Virus record (IMG/VR): IMGVR_UViG_3300044614_002617 | Coordinates: 1-64,000 of that record | Origin: a virus | DNA: 64,000 bases | Direction: 5' to 3' (one strand) | Part shown: one piece after another, positions 12,801 to 21,353 of the stretch | Position numbering within the stretch: position 1 is the first letter of the stretch | Layout: every line of letters begins with the position of its first letter | The notes under the pieces: generated by a model | Told to the model about the DNA's origin: nothing | The model's database searches: none | What the model saw: only the letters and a program-made list of their open reading frames with translations | Position numbers and translations under genes: made by a program

Positions 12801-13888
12801 GCGGTGCTAATACAGATGACTATGTGTTTTTAAATGGCTTTGGACAAGGAGTTGATGGACAATATCAGCTCGTCGCTCATGATGGAAAAAATACAGCTAT
12901 TCTTTATAATCCAATTCTTCCAATTCAGGACGTTGTGCAAGACACTGCAACTCGTTCAAATGATATAGGAAAAAATTGGTGGGGCAGGGAGTTGCAGGTA
13001 ATCGACAACGATCCCGCCGACTATACAATTGACCCTCGTCCAGTGCGCGTTGTTGATGCTGAGTCGGTACTGCCTGGATGTAAACTATCGGTCGCTTCCG
13101 CTGCAGAGGGCACAAGCAATTGGTTTCCGCAGGCACTCGTTGGAATTTGGACTATAACAGAAATTGGTTTTTATGGGTCTTCGGCTAATATTTGTTCATA
13201 TATTGAATTTGATATGCCAACAGGTGCCCCCGCCGCAGCACAGTTAATTACAATTGCCGCTGCAAACGAAGAGAATATTGGATTTTTGGAAAAAGAACCG
13301 TTTTCTGGGTTTAGACTTGTGCAAGGATGGGCAATTGACCCTAAAAACGAAGAAAACGCTCAGGTTTATCTAACTCCAGCTAAATCTTATCAAAAAATTT
13401 CAAATTACTTGGGCTCAGAGATTGAATGTGTGCATAAGTTGGGTTACGAAACGGTTCCAAAAACTGGAATCGACGGATATAAGATTTTTGGTGGCTTGAT
13501 TCGAGAAGCGCAAAGAACCGTTGACGGTGTTCCGACATCAATCACTAGATATCCCGGAATTAAATCCACAGGTACAGACGTATCAATTTTGCCTCCAATT
13601 CCGCGTTCCGTTTCAGTTTCTTTCCGAGTTCGTGCTCGCGACGGTATTTCAATTAACACAATTGCTGCGGTTGTTCGTTCGGCGGTTGTTTCTTTTGTTG
13701 GAAGTTTGGGAATTGGTCAGTCGGTCATATTGTCTGAGCTCATTGGCCTAGTACAAGATATCCCCGGCGTGGTTTCTGTAGAAATTATTGAAACTCTACC
13801 ATTTGCAGTTGACGGACGCATTCCGGTCGCAGATAATGAAAAGGCCGTGGTAATAGACTCAGAAAATAACATTCTTGTTGGGCAATAA
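6890..13888 (+). CDS. Giant baseplate J/gp6-like wedge protein (2332 aa)
   Basis: N-terminal 'TDFQPGG...LMEAVA', 'GVIGNVASGAIT...NGFDTESDASLRQRI' and C-terminal 'LGIGQSVILSELIGLVQDIPGVVSV' baseplate-J motifs flank a very large beta-rich insertion. Confidence 0.75.
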   Translation: MTVTIKSKEQLLGTWVRRIKNNTDITDFQPGGALVTLMEAVAQQVYQAQLSVLKVLEVTEVDNLTDKRLDDLAESLKIPNGQGGVGRQAALQATGSVVISSGFKKISTRAYAGKPAPYAGSKTLYVQDASEMFAKTPTNGKIYIGRNTVDSFEGPISYSSISSTGTYWIINLVDPLTKDHPYTDEIVLAQGGDRNINASTTVQVPAYSDAPAIQFTTDAAVVLPDGEDLVTVPVTCTQFGVIGNVASGAITEFSSEPFAGATVINKQPFVNGFDTESDASLRQRIKDYPNTLARGTVGAINSALLSVVDADTKKKVVSASVIRPLEKGEPTTVYIDDGSLLEPVFLGQDYELLLAKASGLEQSFRTAQAPVTPAVVTGAQSAPYVLQAGMSITFLIDNIPYVYTITPSNYKDLTAATAYEVVRDLNSDAEGILDFRVIENGTKIVAIDRTNAAEEIRVISGQLQAALGFPTIAQRPIYLYKNGILQSFKGKTATISSNPFSNWSITGAPYTGLEVVIDGVSVDVADITNADFLSRFGVAMTAATAENWREVLQAKIPGVTVIFQDNRFIISSNKENNSSSEVTISAGTWIGPASVFSTELEERTSVGASKDYTFNRYTGDIRFVSRLQAGDIVEIASVNTRAFIKSTTTSTGLYDLSNDYPGFGQSKFIVAIDGDVNVKTTGSVTNGLIEVTNIDLNDLTVSLKDYLGNGLFINTEIDDYIYLTAIKESETTPLAGFSSFSDEAVGFYRIKKIVRGTSPANSDTIVVEVSSYQAASAFILGDKYDTAYLGAPTFKLFSSTVVPQVVSLIPTAAAIVEEVANQINEQIVGGVAERSTGQYFFLRTNTYTGGQISIIATFGKANNLFTSASGSNLQSHVGSSSSLYLDGGFPVVTETVLPSQPADGYAARDYLKVTPNYTEITQTTVNPIVQAASVVADYPVGFQETWVTGKLSGWTGRVYNTETTAPFEGFLRTDSSIKPIGAISITTDNLDRYSNISFRLQDLSVTPFDKFVVEMDLDSANKTIALPLYKKAIISDEQQIAVSGKGQKFQFTLKDPEDFEKEFFDITSPFRDFDFNDFKVVGKSVGVYKLDSASAGSNEPALVIRSTSFGGTNRIKLNVLYPQTPSKGDITISHSNVYENEEVQTTVVAEMASQAVIPSTIFNSGTYTVTNLSTSNNLTDITLSTFRPSTTAVAKFESLSPAFGFSFGARSAGYPGVLGNNIELVIQDSGKLGATAEPVAMIAQSTKKVILDLKGSTPTAAQLTSALSVSTYLETVTEMIVGSVLSLVKIPNTYGYAPEVAAKISNPFFTISFNQVDYNPRLRGAAGNGWSFKCISTGTGTPTVFINTAQKLIEINLRGSSLLLTDLENLLNGSSGFNSEVMKVEVSNGSQYLAPFGPTFFSGGVTASNTIYTSDGADETNGVFDGLYLTNNLLQVTGTQSVVSMPIGVWPIVDKPMPAELTIRVPNYNGLASAVAIGTVFNAAHYQLQSFAVAPKTLKDLADAINAYLPETPVATASILGLETTDALMPGSPQVPRASYINYTNLNSLPSVVNNPNSALLFHAFWANRSEGCSIYDYDLLGNAIKTVVQSNDAMFPSGNAILGTAYSSVGEEVYLLPTNTATFSRWANFAPASSLPIQADVVRAEGATKVQISSKLRGTKGAVYPKSTLANNYKTATLEAASAENGSAYFPLLVSQTKQLPKGSVVKVTNALVSDLLRPFRVVSPLANLTPANTANEKTWFRTGTNIIYEQASSTRGRLYFLRHGQSVTIGSVSVTDTEPLTPGTTIDVIYNTPSVGLATVSCSAGTLSARIGDMMYVRSAAFPSELNCPPLDSGRCMSSSLYDNPYGLTGYPGYPVVQVNSSTEVVVMAPNLTQDHTGLPLAASTDLVFVPSVYAEKNIKTNYKAGPQGVEVLGSVATQGTSAQAISGVYSYGIVKKLSDGFSALILSNTSDGVSAPDRPNDTMLLAECGANTDDYVFLNGFGQGVDGQYQLVAHDGKNTAILYNPILPIQDVVQDTATRSNDIGKNWWGRELQVIDNDPADYTIDPRPVRVVDAESVLPGCKLSVASAAEGTSNWFPQALVGIWTITEIGFYGSSANICSYIEFDMPTGAPAAAQLITIAAANEENIGFLEKEPFSGFRLVQGWAIDPKNEENAQVYLTPAKSYQKISNYLGSEIECVHKLGYETVPKTGIDGYKIFGGLIREAQRTVDGVPTSITRYPGIKSTGTDVSILPPIPRSVSVSFRVRARDGISINTIAAVVRSAVVSFVGSLGIGQSVILSELIGLVQDIPGVVSVEIIETLPFAVDGRIPVADNEKAVVIDSENNILVGQ

Positions 13889-13889
13889 C

Positions 13890-16421
13890 ATGTCAAATAT
13901 TCGTCAATATTTACCATTAATTGCAAAACCAAACAAAGAACAAGCACCTAGGCTAAATGCTTTGATAGACGGCGTCGATGATATTGTCAGCCATCTTGAA
14001 AATTACACAGAATATGCGCAAAATCAGTTTTTCTTCACAACGGCTGATGCTGAGTATGTTTTTAAGCTTGCGGCTCGTAATGGTTTTTATCTACCTAGAG
14101 ATGCCGGCCTAAATATTGAGGGCCTTAAGCCGCTTGCCCCCTTGATGATTAATCAGCCAAAGACTTCGTTAGAGATTCTCTTGCGAGTTTTAGAGATTTA
14201 TTTTTCTCAAACCCTTACTAGGCCAAGCGTTATTTCTGCTCAAGCTGAACCGTATCGTCTCAAGGAAAAAGACGATTTAATCATAAAGACAAGAGATGCG
14301 GAACATCGCTTAACTATTGATAAAACTATGTTTTCTAATATCAAAAACGTATCTGCTTCGGAATTGGCAACTTATATAAATTCTGTACAAGATCACTATA
14401 TTGCAACTGTTTTTTACGATAGAACCGCAGAAAAAAACAAGATTCGCTTGATGCCAAGCGGCTCTGGCCTCAACGAAATTATTCAGGTTACCGGCGGCAC
14501 TCTTCAAAATCTTTTACTTTTTCCAAATGTTATTCCAACTACAAACTCATTTCAAACTCGATGGTTTGTTTCTAAGATAGCCGATCATTCAGACATAGTG
14601 ACTTTTACATATATGGATGGGCCTCCACCTTCAACGCATTTAGCAAAAGTAGGCGATATTGTTACTATTAGAGGTCAGTTTGATGTAGGTGCGTCTGGAG
14701 CTGTTCAGGTGCCAGTTCAAGATATCTTTGGAAACGACGTAATCGACAATAATGGCAACTTGGTAACAATATTAATTTATTTAATTGAAGGCAATTATTC
14801 TGTACTAAACGGCACCCACGAAATTATTGAGGTTGGGTATAACTACTTTAAAATCAGAAACAAATACTTAAGATTGCCTAACAGCAATAACGGAGAAATC
14901 GTACAACTCTCCACGAGAGATGTTATTTTTACAGAAAACACGCCACACAGAGTCTACGATCAGGAAACATTTTCGTATATTACAGAAATGACGGACGATG
15001 AGCTAAACGTCACTGTTCCGGCAGTTCCTCCAATTGTAAAACGATTTTTGCAAGGCGCTTGGCATGCCTATGGCGCAAGATATTTGGTTAATGACTTTAC
15101 AAGAAACACTGTAAGAATTGATATTTTCTCAAGTGTCCAGATACCTCCACAAGGGGTCAGTTTTGTTTTAGATTCTGGATTATTTGCGGCAAATTATGCT
15201 CAAAAAAAATACAAGATACTAAACACTAACCCCTCCAATGGGATTGTAACGCTGGATACTTCGGATGAATACGGAGTCTTACCGTATACAACCCCTGCCC
15301 TTATCGGCAAAAACAACCCATTTTTTTGCGACTTAGAATCAAATACCGTTGAGGTGGATTTTAATTATCGGCATGGGTTGGTTGTGGGCTCAGAGATAGT
15401 GATTAATGCCGCTGCGATAAATCCAGAAAGCAACATAAATATAAACGGCTCTTGGGTAGTCGATAAGGTTTTGTCTGATACAAAAATTTCTTTTAAATTA
15501 AACGAGAAAAACATAGCACCCCCATCAAGTAGTGCAGCTGTTTTGTTTTCTTTAGGGGATAAGAAATATCGTTTACAATTTCCTTCTGCCATGACTCTTA
15601 ATTTATCAAAGATAAACGTAATTGGTAAAAAATTTAAGCTATATGAAGACGGTACAGCAAATGTTTTTAATACATACGCTTGGCAAAAATTAAAAACCAG
15701 ATACCTTATAGTAACTAGCGTAGGCGCAACGAGCATAGAGTTTGAGGTAATGGAAAATTGGTCTGTTGTGCCAAATGAACTTATTGCTGCAAATGTAAGA
15801 ATACAAACAACTCAGACCAACTGGGGAGAAGACAACTCTTCTTATTATTTCGACAAATCTGCCGCCCGAAACCAAGAAGTTTTTATAAACGGCCTGATAA
15901 TGACAATTGCTGACTACATTAAGCCAAACAGTCCTTTGTATTTAGGTTCTTATTTGTATGACCCTCAAGGGAAGGTTAATAGATACTTGCCCAGCGCAAT
16001 TGGAACTATTAGCCAAGCCCCTGTTTTGAGAGGCGAAAGCGGAGTTTTGGTAACCGTTGACTCAGCAGCTGAGTTTAATCAAAATGGCGGATATGTCGTA
16101 TTTGAGTATGGAACGGCAGTTCAAGAAGGGCCAGTTCCTTACATAACTCTTTCGGGAGGCCAGATTGTTATTGATCCTGCTTATGTTTTTAAAAAAACAC
16201 ACTCAAAGGGAGCTACCGTTAGGCAGGTGGAAATCCTAGAGCCGTTTATACCATCCACTAACGGCTTAATGTTTCAGCCATTTTTGACGGGAACGTCAAA
16301 AGCAAGAGACAGTTTTTTTGAAATTATCAAAACGATAATTTCCGCTGGAGTTTTTGTTACAGACGATGTATTGTATCCAAAGCTGCGATTTGCTGACGAA
16401 AGTATTGAGCCATACAAGTAG
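13890..16421 (+). CDS. Baseplate wedge/structural protein (gpI/gp7-like)
   Basis: Follows the J-like gene. N-terminal 'QFFFTTADAEY..KLA' and C-terminal 'IISAGV' patterns, with an internal 'HGLVVGSEIVI...NGSWVV' beta-barrel repeat. ATG 13890 is preferred as start. Confidence 0.55.
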   Translation: MSNIRQYLPLIAKPNKEQAPRLNALIDGVDDIVSHLENYTEYAQNQFFFTTADAEYVFKLAARNGFYLPRDAGLNIEGLKPLAPLMINQPKTSLEILLRVLEIYFSQTLTRPSVISAQAEPYRLKEKDDLIIKTRDAEHRLTIDKTMFSNIKNVSASELATYINSVQDHYIATVFYDRTAEKNKIRLMPSGSGLNEIIQVTGGTLQNLLLFPNVIPTTNSFQTRWFVSKIADHSDIVTFTYMDGPPPSTHLAKVGDIVTIRGQFDVGASGAVQVPVQDIFGNDVIDNNGNLVTILIYLIEGNYSVLNGTHEIIEVGYNYFKIRNKYLRLPNSNNGEIVQLSTRDVIFTENTPHRVYDQETFSYITEMTDDELNVTVPAVPPIVKRFLQGAWHAYGARYLVNDFTRNTVRIDIFSSVQIPPQGVSFVLDSGLFAANYAQKKYKILNTNPSNGIVTLDTSDEYGVLPYTTPALIGKNNPFFCDLESNTVEVDFNYRHGLVVGSEIVINAAAINPESNININGSWVVDKVLSDTKISFKLNEKNIAPPSSSAAVLFSLGDKKYRLQFPSAMTLNLSKINVIGKKFKLYEDGTANVFNTYAWQKLKTRYLIVTSVGATSIEFEVMENWSVVPNELIAANVRIQTTQTNWGEDNSSYYFDKSAARNQEVFINGLIMTIADYIKPNSPLYLGSYLYDPQGKVNRYLPSAIGTISQAPVLRGESGVLVTVDSAAEFNQNGGYVVFEYGTAVQEGPVPYITLSGGQIVIDPAYVFKKTHSKGATVRQVEILEPFIPSTNGLMFQPFLTGTSKARDSFFEIIKTIISAGVFVTDDVLYPKLRFADESIEPYK

Positions 16422-16453
16422 TAAAATCGCTGTATTAAGCAAGAGGAGCTAAA

Positions 16454-18928
16454 ATGTCAGTTCAGTCAAGAGTCAATTGGTTGGGTGGTCAACGCATTGA
16501 TCTTCCTGATTTGTTAGCAATTGATTCGTATATTGTAAATGACATTCGCAATTTGCTTATGTCGCTCACTGGCGGTGCTTCGTTTGTTGCAAGCGGATTG
16601 GAAGTAACCGAGTGGGCTGGCTTGTCCGTTAGTGTTAAAGTTTCGGATTGTTTGGTTTTTTGTCCAAGCAATGCTATTGCCCCCTTTTATAAAGGGCTTC
16701 CCGGAGACGCAAATCTTACAATTTCTCTTCAGTCAAACTCCGAAATCTTTTTAGAACTTGTGCTAGAGACTTCAACCAGCGGAGCTGTCTCAAAAGGTTT
16801 TTGGGATTCTCTAGCAATTACTCCAGATTCCGCAGCGGGCTCAGAATATGTAGAAACAGTCGATGCACAAAAAATCGTTGTTCCTAAATTAGTTCAAAGG
16901 TTTGGCGGATTTACCCCAAATTCCATTAAAATTGCAAAAATTAAAACAGGCGCTTCAGACATTACTGAAGTAACTGATTCGCGAGAGTTGTTTTTTAGAT
17001 TGGGCGCAGGAGGCTCTGTACCCAACCCATCGTATACTTTTCCATGGGACTCCACCTCGCGACAAGAGCCGCCTCAGAAATCAGAAATTGCTTCTCGATT
17101 GGCTCCAACCGATCCAGCATCTATTTATTATTCTAGTACCACAGACGGAACCATCCTGAACGACAAGGGACTAAAGACGTTCAAAGATTGGCTAAACGCA
17201 ATGATGTCCGTCTTGCGTGAAATTAAAGGCACACCGACTTGGTATCAAGATGCTGGAAGTTCGGTTGGCTTTCCGCTTAATCTATCTCTTTTGTCGTTGT
17301 TTTTTGATTCCACCGCTGGCCATTCAATTCTAGCGATCCCCTCAGCCACTATTTTTTGGGGCTCCACAACGGGAATTTTGGGCAACAGACTTCATAGCGA
17401 TGGAACGTCTACAGTTCAGTGGCAAGCCAACTATGGATACACTCTTAGGTGGCAGCTGGGCGGAACATATTCATCTAACCGTATTTACGACAATGTTAAG
17501 TTTACATCTCCGGAAATTGATGAGGGGGATGCTCTTTATCTAGCACTACAAAGAAATGTTCGCCTAACTGAAACCCCTGTTTTGTGGCGTCCGACCATTT
17601 CTCCGGGAGGCGGCCTAGACTCTGATAAATCCGTTGAAGGAAACGGTTTGTTTATTGGTGTCGCAGTTGGCGATTATATTAAAAAAGAATCGGAAGGGAT
17701 TCTTTCGTATTATAAAGTTACCAAGCTATACGACGGCACAACAGTTGTAGATACAGAAGGTTTCGTAGCGGGTCTTGCTGTAAGAGCGGTGGAGTTGGAT
17801 CGAACCATTCCCACTCAGTCTACCGAGCAATACAGATACTTTAGGTCTAGGTATTCAAATGTTGATTTGTATGTCCGAGGCTCAAATGACGTACCGCCAA
17901 ATGACGTCGATTGGTACTGGCTTGGTCGAAGAACTGGCTCTAGTTTTTATTTTAGAGATTACGGCAATCTTTCTCAAGGCGAAGAAATTGAAATCGTAGA
18001 TCCCGGAGCTACAGACGAAAGTCAGAACGATTTCGGAGTAGAGCCTATTTTGGTGCTACATCCAGATGTAGCCTATAAATCAAACACATTGGGATTCGCT
18101 CCTAATCCAGATTTGTCCACCCCCGCTGACGGATTGTTTTTAACTTTTTATAAAAGAAAATCAAACAATAGAGTTAATTCTGACTCTGCACAAAATCCAA
18201 CTATTTTTTCTTATGAGCTGAGCACTGCGGCTGTTTTAAATACAGATCAAGAACTCTGGGTAAAAATTTCAGATCTATATTCCGCCGCTCCATACTCTTT
18301 AACCGCCGGCGATGTGACAGATGTTACAGCAACAAACGTCTATCAGGTTAGAGATGCCACAGACTCTCCTTTAAGAAACTACGACAACCGCCAAGTCTTT
18401 ATGCTTGCTAAGCAAGTAACTATTGGCTCGGCTTCTTACGTTGTTTTCTTTGATGGAACTGTTGTGGGAGCCAAGGGTCGTGCTACTCCACAAAGACTTC
18501 AGATAGAAAATGTTTGGATTCATGACACAGAAATTGATGTAACAACGACTGCAACTCCTGCCCGTCTATTTGAAAATGCAAATTCAATTAAGATTGGTCA
18601 ACCCAGTAGTGTTACTCGAATTGAGGGCGCTCAGTCCGTCAAAAGAGCAAATGTTTCAGGTGTTTATACGGTTCAATCGACAGATCATATTCTTTCTGTT
18701 GACACCTCCTCCGCAGCTGCTACATTAACACTACCGGCTATTAGCACTGTAGGAGATGGTCATACTGTGATTGTAAAGGATAAATCAAATAATTCTTATA
18801 CAAATACAATTACACTTGCCCCCAGTGGTGGTAATACTGTAGACGGTCAACTTTCTCTCGTGATGCAATCAGACGGCGCGTCTTTTGTTCTTGTGGCTAA
18901 CGCAGCCGGAGACTGGGAACTTATGTAA
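16454..18928 (+). CDS. Baseplate-attached fibre/structural protein
   Basis: Strong GAGGAG RBS. The C-terminal 'DTSSAAATLTLPA..GHTVIVKD..NTITL..GNTVDG' domain is of the kind found in phage fibre/baseplate proteins. Confidence 0.55.
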   Translation: MSVQSRVNWLGGQRIDLPDLLAIDSYIVNDIRNLLMSLTGGASFVASGLEVTEWAGLSVSVKVSDCLVFCPSNAIAPFYKGLPGDANLTISLQSNSEIFLELVLETSTSGAVSKGFWDSLAITPDSAAGSEYVETVDAQKIVVPKLVQRFGGFTPNSIKIAKIKTGASDITEVTDSRELFFRLGAGGSVPNPSYTFPWDSTSRQEPPQKSEIASRLAPTDPASIYYSSTTDGTILNDKGLKTFKDWLNAMMSVLREIKGTPTWYQDAGSSVGFPLNLSLLSLFFDSTAGHSILAIPSATIFWGSTTGILGNRLHSDGTSTVQWQANYGYTLRWQLGGTYSSNRIYDNVKFTSPEIDEGDALYLALQRNVRLTETPVLWRPTISPGGGLDSDKSVEGNGLFIGVAVGDYIKKESEGILSYYKVTKLYDGTTVVDTEGFVAGLAVRAVELDRTIPTQSTEQYRYFRSRYSNVDLYVRGSNDVPPNDVDWYWLGRRTGSSFYFRDYGNLSQGEEIEIVDPGATDESQNDFGVEPILVLHPDVAYKSNTLGFAPNPDLSTPADGLFLTFYKRKSNNRVNSDSAQNPTIFSYELSTAAVLNTDQELWVKISDLYSAAPYSLTAGDVTDVTATNVYQVRDATDSPLRNYDNRQVFMLAKQVTIGSASYVVFFDGTVVGAKGRATPQRLQIENVWIHDTEIDVTTTATPARLFENANSIKIGQPSSVTRIEGAQSVKRANVSGVYTVQSTDHILSVDTSSAAATLTLPAISTVGDGHTVIVKDKSNNSYTNTITLAPSGGNTVDGQLSLVMQSDGASFVLVANAAGDWELM

Positions 18929-18940
18929 GGAGTTATCTTT

Positions 18941-19357
18941 ATGGGTAAAATTATTGATTTAAATGGAAAAATTAGACGAAAGACGCTTGCTTCAATAGTT
19001 CGCAAAGAAACCTTGGGCGTAGATCTTACTCAAAATCAAATATACAAACTAAGAGTCGGCACTGCACTTTGGTTTGACGCAGACGACGCTATTGTCGCTA
19101 TACAAAAGAACGGCGAAGACTTTAAGGTATTACTTTGTCCGATAAACAGAGATTTATTGGAAGCACGTTGGGATACGTTTGGGCGTTTGGCGTGGTTTTG
19201 GCTTCGTCACATTAAACTTAAGAGAGTTGGCAAGCACAGAGCTTCCTCGGATGAGTTTAAGATACTACTTCAAAGGACTTCCGGAGTTGACGCAGAGATT
19301 GAGTTTGTGAGAACATTACCTCAACTTCCGGAAATCAATCCGGCTTATTCGATGTAG
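18941..19357 (+). CDS. Hypothetical protein
   Basis: 138-aa ORF with an AGGAG RBS. Confidence 0.6.
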   Translation: MGKIIDLNGKIRRKTLASIVRKETLGVDLTQNQIYKLRVGTALWFDADDAIVAIQKNGEDFKVLLCPINRDLLEARWDTFGRLAWFWLRHIKLKRVGKHRASSDEFKILLQRTSGVDAEIEFVRTLPQLPEINPAYSM

Positions 19358-19375
19358 GTACTAAGAAAGGATTCG

Positions 19376-19394
19376 GTACATATTTAATATGTAC
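19376..19394. promoter_or_regulatory. Perfect 9-bp inverted repeat GTACATATT-T-AATATGTAC (operator-like)
   Basis: Intergenic, 7 bp upstream of the 19402 start. Confidence 0.35.
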
Positions 19395-19401
19395 TAAAAA
19401 T

Positions 19402-20082
19402 ATGGCTAAGGTCACTGAACAACAACTTGCTCAACAAAAACTCTTGAAAGAGCTTCAGGAGGCGTATGAGCGCGACCATGATTGGCTTACGGATGAGGAG
19501 CGCAATATTGCCGAAAGAGCATTAGCCGCTCAAAAGACGTTGGTTGTTAGTCCCTCTCAGGAAGCAGCCTTGTTCGGTGTGTACGCCATGGGCAGAACTT
19601 GTGTTCAGATTGCTAGACAATCAGGCCATTTGCCAGAAACTATCGTCTTGAGTCTACTGAGATACAACTGGTGCCTTCGGATGCAGATGGCCAATCAACA
19701 GGCAGATGGCAGTGTTCTAGAAGTCTTTGGAAAAGAGGCCATCGACACAATCTTTACTATGACCAAGATTGCTATTGAGAATGACTTGAAGAAAGTCTTA
19801 GCGGGCGAAATGGCAGCGGGTGAGTCTGGCTTTGTTCCCAAAAACATCAAAGAGATGAAAGATTTTTTAGGGATTGTTGGCGAGGTTCATAAGATAGACG
19901 CCTTTATGCGGCTTGGCGCTAAGCAGCCCCTTGTAAATGTCAGTAATCAAACTTTGACTCTTAATAACGGCCAGACGCAAAGCCAGACACAAGTTACAGA
20001 CGCTCAAACAGTGGAGCTACTTGAGACCTCCGAAAAACGCATCGAGGCTCTAAAAGCTCTTGAGGAAGATAGTAAAGAATAA
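19402..20082 (+). CDS. Putative terminase small subunit / HTH protein
   Basis: HTH-like 'GRTCVQIARQSGHLPETIV...YNW', helical middle region and a low-complexity tail. It lies upstream of TerL. Confidence 0.4.
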   Translation: MAKVTEQQLAQQKLLKELQEAYERDHDWLTDEERNIAERALAAQKTLVVSPSQEAALFGVYAMGRTCVQIARQSGHLPETIVLSLLRYNWCLRMQMANQQADGSVLEVFGKEAIDTIFTMTKIAIENDLKKVLAGEMAAGESGFVPKNIKEMKDFLGIVGEVHKIDAFMRLGAKQPLVNVSNQTLTLNNGQTQSQTQVTDAQTVELLETSEKRIEALKALEEDSKE

Positions 20083-20094
20083 TTAGGAGTTTTT

Positions 20095-20355
20095 ATGTTT
20101 AAGTATTTGTTTTTATTTATTTTAGTTGCTTGTAAGTCTACTCCGGTACCGCAGACACCGACAAAATCCCCTACCGAAACTTGCACAATGGTTTATGACC
20201 CGCATTTGTGTATTATTACGATTGACAGCACGACATTTACAGGGCATGGTTCAAATAAATGTATTGCTCTTAAGAAGCTTCGTAATAGTCTTTTAGAAAA
20301 AAACCATAATCCTTTAATTCTAGTTAGGGCTGAGTGCGGCAGAGTTTTTAACTGA
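20095..20355 (+). CDS. Lipoprotein with Kazal-like motif (paralog of 39994..40239)
   Basis: Lipobox LVAC and 'CTMVYDPHLC...TF...SNKC'. Confidence 0.6.
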   Translation: MFKYLFLFILVACKSTPVPQTPTKSPTETCTMVYDPHLCIITIDSTTFTGHGSNKCIALKKLRNSLLEKNHNPLILVRAECGRVFN

Positions 20356-20392
20356 CATTTGTTTTGACTTAGTCTTTAAATAAGAGACTTAT

Positions 20393-21028
20393 ATGATTCA
20401 TAAAGCAAAAGACCTAACTATTAGTCTATGTGATATTAAACAGATTAAAGAATTTGTTGAGAAGCATCATTACTCTCACTCTGTAAACGGCGTCAAGATA
20501 AAGTATTGTTTCAAAGTCGAGGCCGATGGTCAGTTGGTTGGCGGAGTGATTTTTGGAGCTATGTCAACCACTGCTTGGAAAAAGTTTGCTGATTCTGAAA
20601 AAAAAGTTTTAGAGCTAAGACGCTTAGTTTTGGCTGACTCTGCTGGCAGAAATTCAGAGAGTAGAACAATTGGTCATTGCTTAAGAGCTATTAAGAAAAT
20701 TGACAAAGATGTGTCGGTTATTGTTTCTTATGCAGATCCCTATCATGGCCATAGCGGAACTATTTACAGAGCATCAAACTTTACCTATGTTGGCATGAGC
20801 GGCGGCGATAACGGTTATTTAGACAAAGATACCGGAAAGGTTTATCATTCCCGCGCTTTGCGTACCAAATACAAAGGTGATTATAAGCCATTTGTTAAAA
20901 AACTTAGAGAAAAGCTAAAAAACGGCGTTTTAACTCCAATCCGTCTTCCTCCAAAACATTGTTTTATTTACAGTCTTTTAAAAAAGACAAAAAACACCTT
21001 CAATAGACTGGTCAATAGAAGTCAATAG
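20393..21028 (+). CDS. Mom-like adenine modification enzyme (GNAT fold)
   Basis: 'FVEKHHYSH', 'LELRRL', 'NSESR' and 'VSYADPYHGHSGTIYRASNF.Y.G' motifs are characteristic of the Mu Mom family. Confidence 0.75.
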   Translation: MIHKAKDLTISLCDIKQIKEFVEKHHYSHSVNGVKIKYCFKVEADGQLVGGVIFGAMSTTAWKKFADSEKKVLELRRLVLADSAGRNSESRTIGHCLRAIKKIDKDVSVIVSYADPYHGHSGTIYRASNFTYVGMSGGDNGYLDKDTGKVYHSRALRTKYKGDYKPFVKKLREKLKNGVLTPIRLPPKHCFIYSLLKKTKNTFNRLVNRSQ

Positions 21029-21064
21029 ATTGGTCAATAGAAGTCAATAGATTGGTCAATAGAA
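21000..21064. repeat. Tandem repeat: 3 x 22 bp, containing six TCAATAGA cores
   Basis: Cores start at 21000, 21012, 21022, 21034, 21044 and 21056. Confidence 0.95.
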
Positions 21065-21072
21065 TTTTTTAT

Positions 21073-21099
21073 TAAAGTTATTCTTGAGCGCGACGATAA
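21073..21099 (+). promoter_or_regulatory. sigma28/FliA-type promoter TAAA-N15-GACGATAA
   Basis: TAAAGTT...GACGATAA with canonical 15-nt spacing, followed by a GGGGG RBS and ATG 21120. Confidence 0.7.
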
Positions 21100-21119
21100 G
21101 TGTTATACAGGGGGTGCTT

Positions 21120-21338
21120 ATGTACATTGTTCTTGTTGAATCCGATGCTGCTCCGATGACTATGGTAAATTGGACTGTTGGTCAATCTTACGAAGCTGAA
21201 TTTGACACCTTGGGAGAGGCAGAAGCCTACGTGCGCTCGTTGGAGCGTTGGTCAGCTATGGACGCCCATGACGAGCTGTGGGCTTCTCACGGCCCACAAT
21301 TCAGAATTTTCTGCGAAGAGTCAGGCGAATACATTTAA
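21120..21338 (+). CDS. Small acidic hypothetical protein
   Basis: ATG 21120 follows an AGGGGG RBS within the 21084..21338 ORF. Confidence 0.6.
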   Translation: MYIVLVESDAAPMTMVNWTVGQSYEAEFDTLGEAEAYVRSLERWSAMDAHDELWASHGPQFRIFCEESGEYI

Positions 21339-21353
21339 CATTGGAGGCGTATT

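Noticed and set aside
1-18928. Bacterial contractile injection system (eCIS/tailocin) rather than phage
   Set aside because: Terminase, portal, head morphogenesis and protease genes are present in the same window.
21000-21064. Possible mini-CRISPR array
   Set aside because: The units are directly tandem with no unique spacers, and no cas genes are present.
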